DNA of 64,000 nt from an uncultured Bacteroidota bacterium (lineage in GTDB: Bacteria; Bacteroidota; Bacteroidia; Flavobacteriales; BACL11): the NCBI GenBank assembly GCA_902597195.1, contig CACJWV010000001.1:120-64119 (forward strand), read 5' to 3'. The translations under genes were made by a program, and so were the position numbers. The notes beneath the pieces are model-generated. The model did no database searches and was not told the DNA's origin. It saw only the letters and a list, made by a program, of their open reading frames with translations. Positions 61,951-64,000 of the stretch are shown one piece after another. Position 1 is the stretch's first letter. Each line of letters opens with the position of its first letter.

Positions 61951-62589
61951 ATGAGACACGCAAAAAAAAATAACCATCTCTCAAGAAAAGCTCCACATAG
62001 GAAAGCAATGCTTTCAAATATGGCTTGTTCTTTAATAAAGCATAAGAGAATAAAAACAACCTTAGCTAAAGCAAAAGCTTTAAGAGTTTATCTTGAGCCG
62101 CTAATTACAAAGTCAAAAAATGATACTACTCACTCAAGAAGAGTTGTTTTTAGCTATTTAAAACAAAAGGAAATTGTTACAGAACTCTTTGGAGAAGTTG
62201 CAACGAAAATTACTGATAGACCAGGTGGGTATACTAGAATTATTAGACTGTCTAATAGAATTGGAGACAACTCAAAAATGTGTTTTATTGAGTTAGTTGA
62301 CTACAACGAAGTTTATGTAAAGGATACTGTTGATAAAAAATCAAAAAGAAGAAGATCTAGATCGAAAACAAAATCACAAAGTGAAACTCCAAAAAATGAA
62401 TCAACACCAAAAAATTCTGAAAAGGAGGCCTCATTAGAAGATAGCACACAGACTCCCAAAAGTGTAAACACTGGCAATGTCCCTAATCAAAATGATTCGG
62501 TTGCTGATTCAAAAATTAAAGTAAAAGAAACAGAGACAACTAGATCAGAAAAAAAAATGGATTCAAATCAAAATCCTGATGAAAAATAA
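61951..62589 (+). CDS. rplQ: 50S ribosomal protein L17 with a long low-complexity C-terminal extension
   Basis: [33 protein letters not shown] core (~118 aa), followed by a ~95-aa K/S/T/E/N-rich tail. Confidence 0.95.
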   Translation: MRHAKKNNHLSRKAPHRKAMLSNMACSLIKHKRIKTTLAKAKALRVYLEPLITKSKNDTTHSRRVVFSYLKQKEIVTELFGEVATKITDRPGGYTRIIRLSNRIGDNSKMCFIELVDYNEVYVKDTVDKKSKRRRSRSKTKSQSETPKNESTPKNSEKEASLEDSTQTPKSVNTGNVPNQNDSVADSKIKVKETETTRSEKKMDSNQNPDEK

Positions 62590-62612
62590 TGTTCAAAAAA
62601 ATAAAAAATTAT

Positions 62613-62648
62613 AAAAGGAAAAAATATATATTTTTTCCTTTTTTTTTA
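62613..62648 (+). terminator. Rho-independent terminator candidate at the end of the ribosomal super-operon
   Basis: Perfect palindrome AAAAGGAAAAAA-TATATA-TTTTTTCCTTTT followed by a T-run to 62647. The stem is AT-rich with only two G-C pairs. Confidence 0.45.
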
Positions 62649-62658
62649 AATTTAAGTT

Positions 62659-63771
62659 ATGGTAAATACGAATAGGAAAAATAGCTTATTACTATTAGAG
62701 GATGGTACAGTTTTTGAAGGTAAATCTGCAGGTATTTCAGGATTTTCTACTGGAGAATTGTGTTTTAACACTGGTATGTCTGGTTACCAGGAAGTTTTTA
62801 CTGACCCTTCTTATTTTGGACAATTAATGATTACTACAAATGCTCATATTGGTAATTACGGTGTACATAAAAATGAATCTGAATCTGAAAATATGAAAAT
62901 TTCAGGCTTAATATGTAAAAATTTTAATTTTGGTTTTTCAAGAAAGGCAGGCTTTGATGAGTTAAATAACTATTTTATTTCCCAAAATAGAGTTGTTATA
63001 ACTGACGTTGACACTAGAGCTGTTGTTAGACATATTAGAAGTAAAGGAGCCATGAATGCAATTATTAGCAACTCAGAACACACTTTAGATGATTTATCTA
63101 GATTGCTGTCTGATGTTCCTAGTATGAATGGTTTGGAGCTCTCATCAAAAGTAACAACTTGTGAAAGCTATACATATGGGAACGAATCAGCTAAATATAA
63201 AATTGCTGTTTTAGATTTAGGACTTAAAAAAAGTATTTTAAATTGCTTAACTGATAGAAACTCTTTTTGTAAAGTGTTTCCAATGAAATCTAGCTTCGAT
63301 GAGATAATGAGTTTTTCACCAGATGGTTTTTTGATTTCAAATGGACCTGGAGATCCATCAGCCATGAAAGACGTTATTAAACTCGTAAAAAGAATAACTC
63401 ATTCAAAAAAACCAGTTTTTGGCATTTGCCTAGGGCACCAAATTTTAGCATTGTCTGAGGGTATATCAACTTTTAAAATGCATAATGGACATAGAGGAAT
63501 AAACCACCCTGTAAAAAATCTAAAAACGGGTTTATGTGAAATAACATCACAAAATCATGGTTTTGGAGTAAATGAAGATGATATCAAAAAAAATAAGAAT
63601 GTTGAGGTAACTCATATTAATCTCAATGATGGAACAATTGAGGGTATTAAATTAATTGATAAAGATTGTTTCTCAGTACAATATCACCCTGAGGCATCTC
63701 CTGGTCCTCATGACTCCAGATATCTTTTTGATGATTTCATTAATAAAGTTTCTAAAAGATGTCCAAAATAA
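62659..63771 (+). CDS. carA: Carbamoyl-phosphate synthase small (glutamine amidotransferase) subunit
   Basis: [14 protein letters not shown]-terminus; GATase triad context [10 protein letters not shown] and [13 protein letters not shown]. Confidence 0.96.
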   Translation: MVNTNRKNSLLLLEDGTVFEGKSAGISGFSTGELCFNTGMSGYQEVFTDPSYFGQLMITTNAHIGNYGVHKNESESENMKISGLICKNFNFGFSRKAGFDELNNYFISQNRVVITDVDTRAVVRHIRSKGAMNAIISNSEHTLDDLSRLLSDVPSMNGLELSSKVTTCESYTYGNESAKYKIAVLDLGLKKSILNCLTDRNSFCKVFPMKSSFDEIMSFSPDGFLISNGPGDPSAMKDVIKLVKRITHSKKPVFGICLGHQILALSEGISTFKMHNGHRGINHPVKNLKTGLCEITSQNHGFGVNEDDIKKNKNVEVTHINLNDGTIEGIKLIDKDCFSVQYHPEASPGPHDSRYLFDDFINKVSKRCPK

Positions 63772-64000
63772 AGAGAGTAATTGGTAGACAAATAATTGAT
63801 TCAAGAGGAACTCCAACTGTAGAGGCCGAAGTCTTTTTAGAGAATGGTATTAGAGCTAGAGGAATAGCTCCCTCTGGAGCTTCAACAGGAAAGTATGAAG
63901 CAGTTGAATTGAGAGATAATGATCCTCATTCTTATTTTGGAAAAGGAGTCTCAAAAGCAGTTTCTAATATAAATACAATTATTTCTAAACAATTAATTGG
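63759..64000 (+). CDS. eno: Enolase, N-terminal part only; continues beyond the window
   Basis: Hand translation from ATG 63759 gives [55 protein letters not shown].... It overlaps the carA end by 13 nt. Confidence 0.93.
   Translation, partial: MSKIKRVIGRQIIDSRGTPTVEAEVFLENGIRARGIAPSGASTGKYEAVELRDNDPHSYFGKGVSKAVSNINTIISKQLI

Overview
Gene-dense, low-GC chromosomal segment that looks like a Bacteroidota (Flavobacteriia-like) genome. The evidence is five proteins with T9SS C-terminal sorting domains, TAnnTTTG-type -7 promoter boxes, no Shine-Dalgarno sequences, a short ATP synthase epsilon subunit, and no tuf after fusA. Positions 1-24.7 kb are housekeeping genes: a PafA-like phosphatase/PAP2/obg/adk/hpt string, an M61 peptidase, lpdA, a BNR-repeat T9SS protein, metK, a SAM-I riboswitch with metH-metF, rsgA-dtd-mazG, atpDC, ribF and a PcrA/UvrD helicase. 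Positions 45.2-62.6 kb are the complete str/S10/spc/alpha ribosomal super-operon, rpsL to rplQ. It includes rpmD and rpmJ, which are too short for the ORF track. carA and the start of eno follow. The accessory part is a 20-kb block (24,808-45,068) of four same-strand giant genes of 1131, 1632, about 2464 and 1464 aa. All are built from Cys-containing SprB-type repeats, and their sorting signals alternate: type B, type A, type B, type A. The strongest signal is a 2.8-kb direct repeat, 30,349-33,163 versus 42,239-45,053, with a constant offset of 11,890 bp. By eye I found 4 mismatches, all in the first 170 nt, followed by 2,646 nt of perfect identity. It gives genes 2 and 4 the same stalk and type-A sorting domain under unrelated N-terminal heads. 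Gene 3 carries an old, diverged, collinear copy of the same stalk, plus two copies of a domain I cannot assign. I saw no tRNA, rRNA, CRISPR array, transposase or integrase. All family assignments come from motif recognition by eye and no database search was possible.
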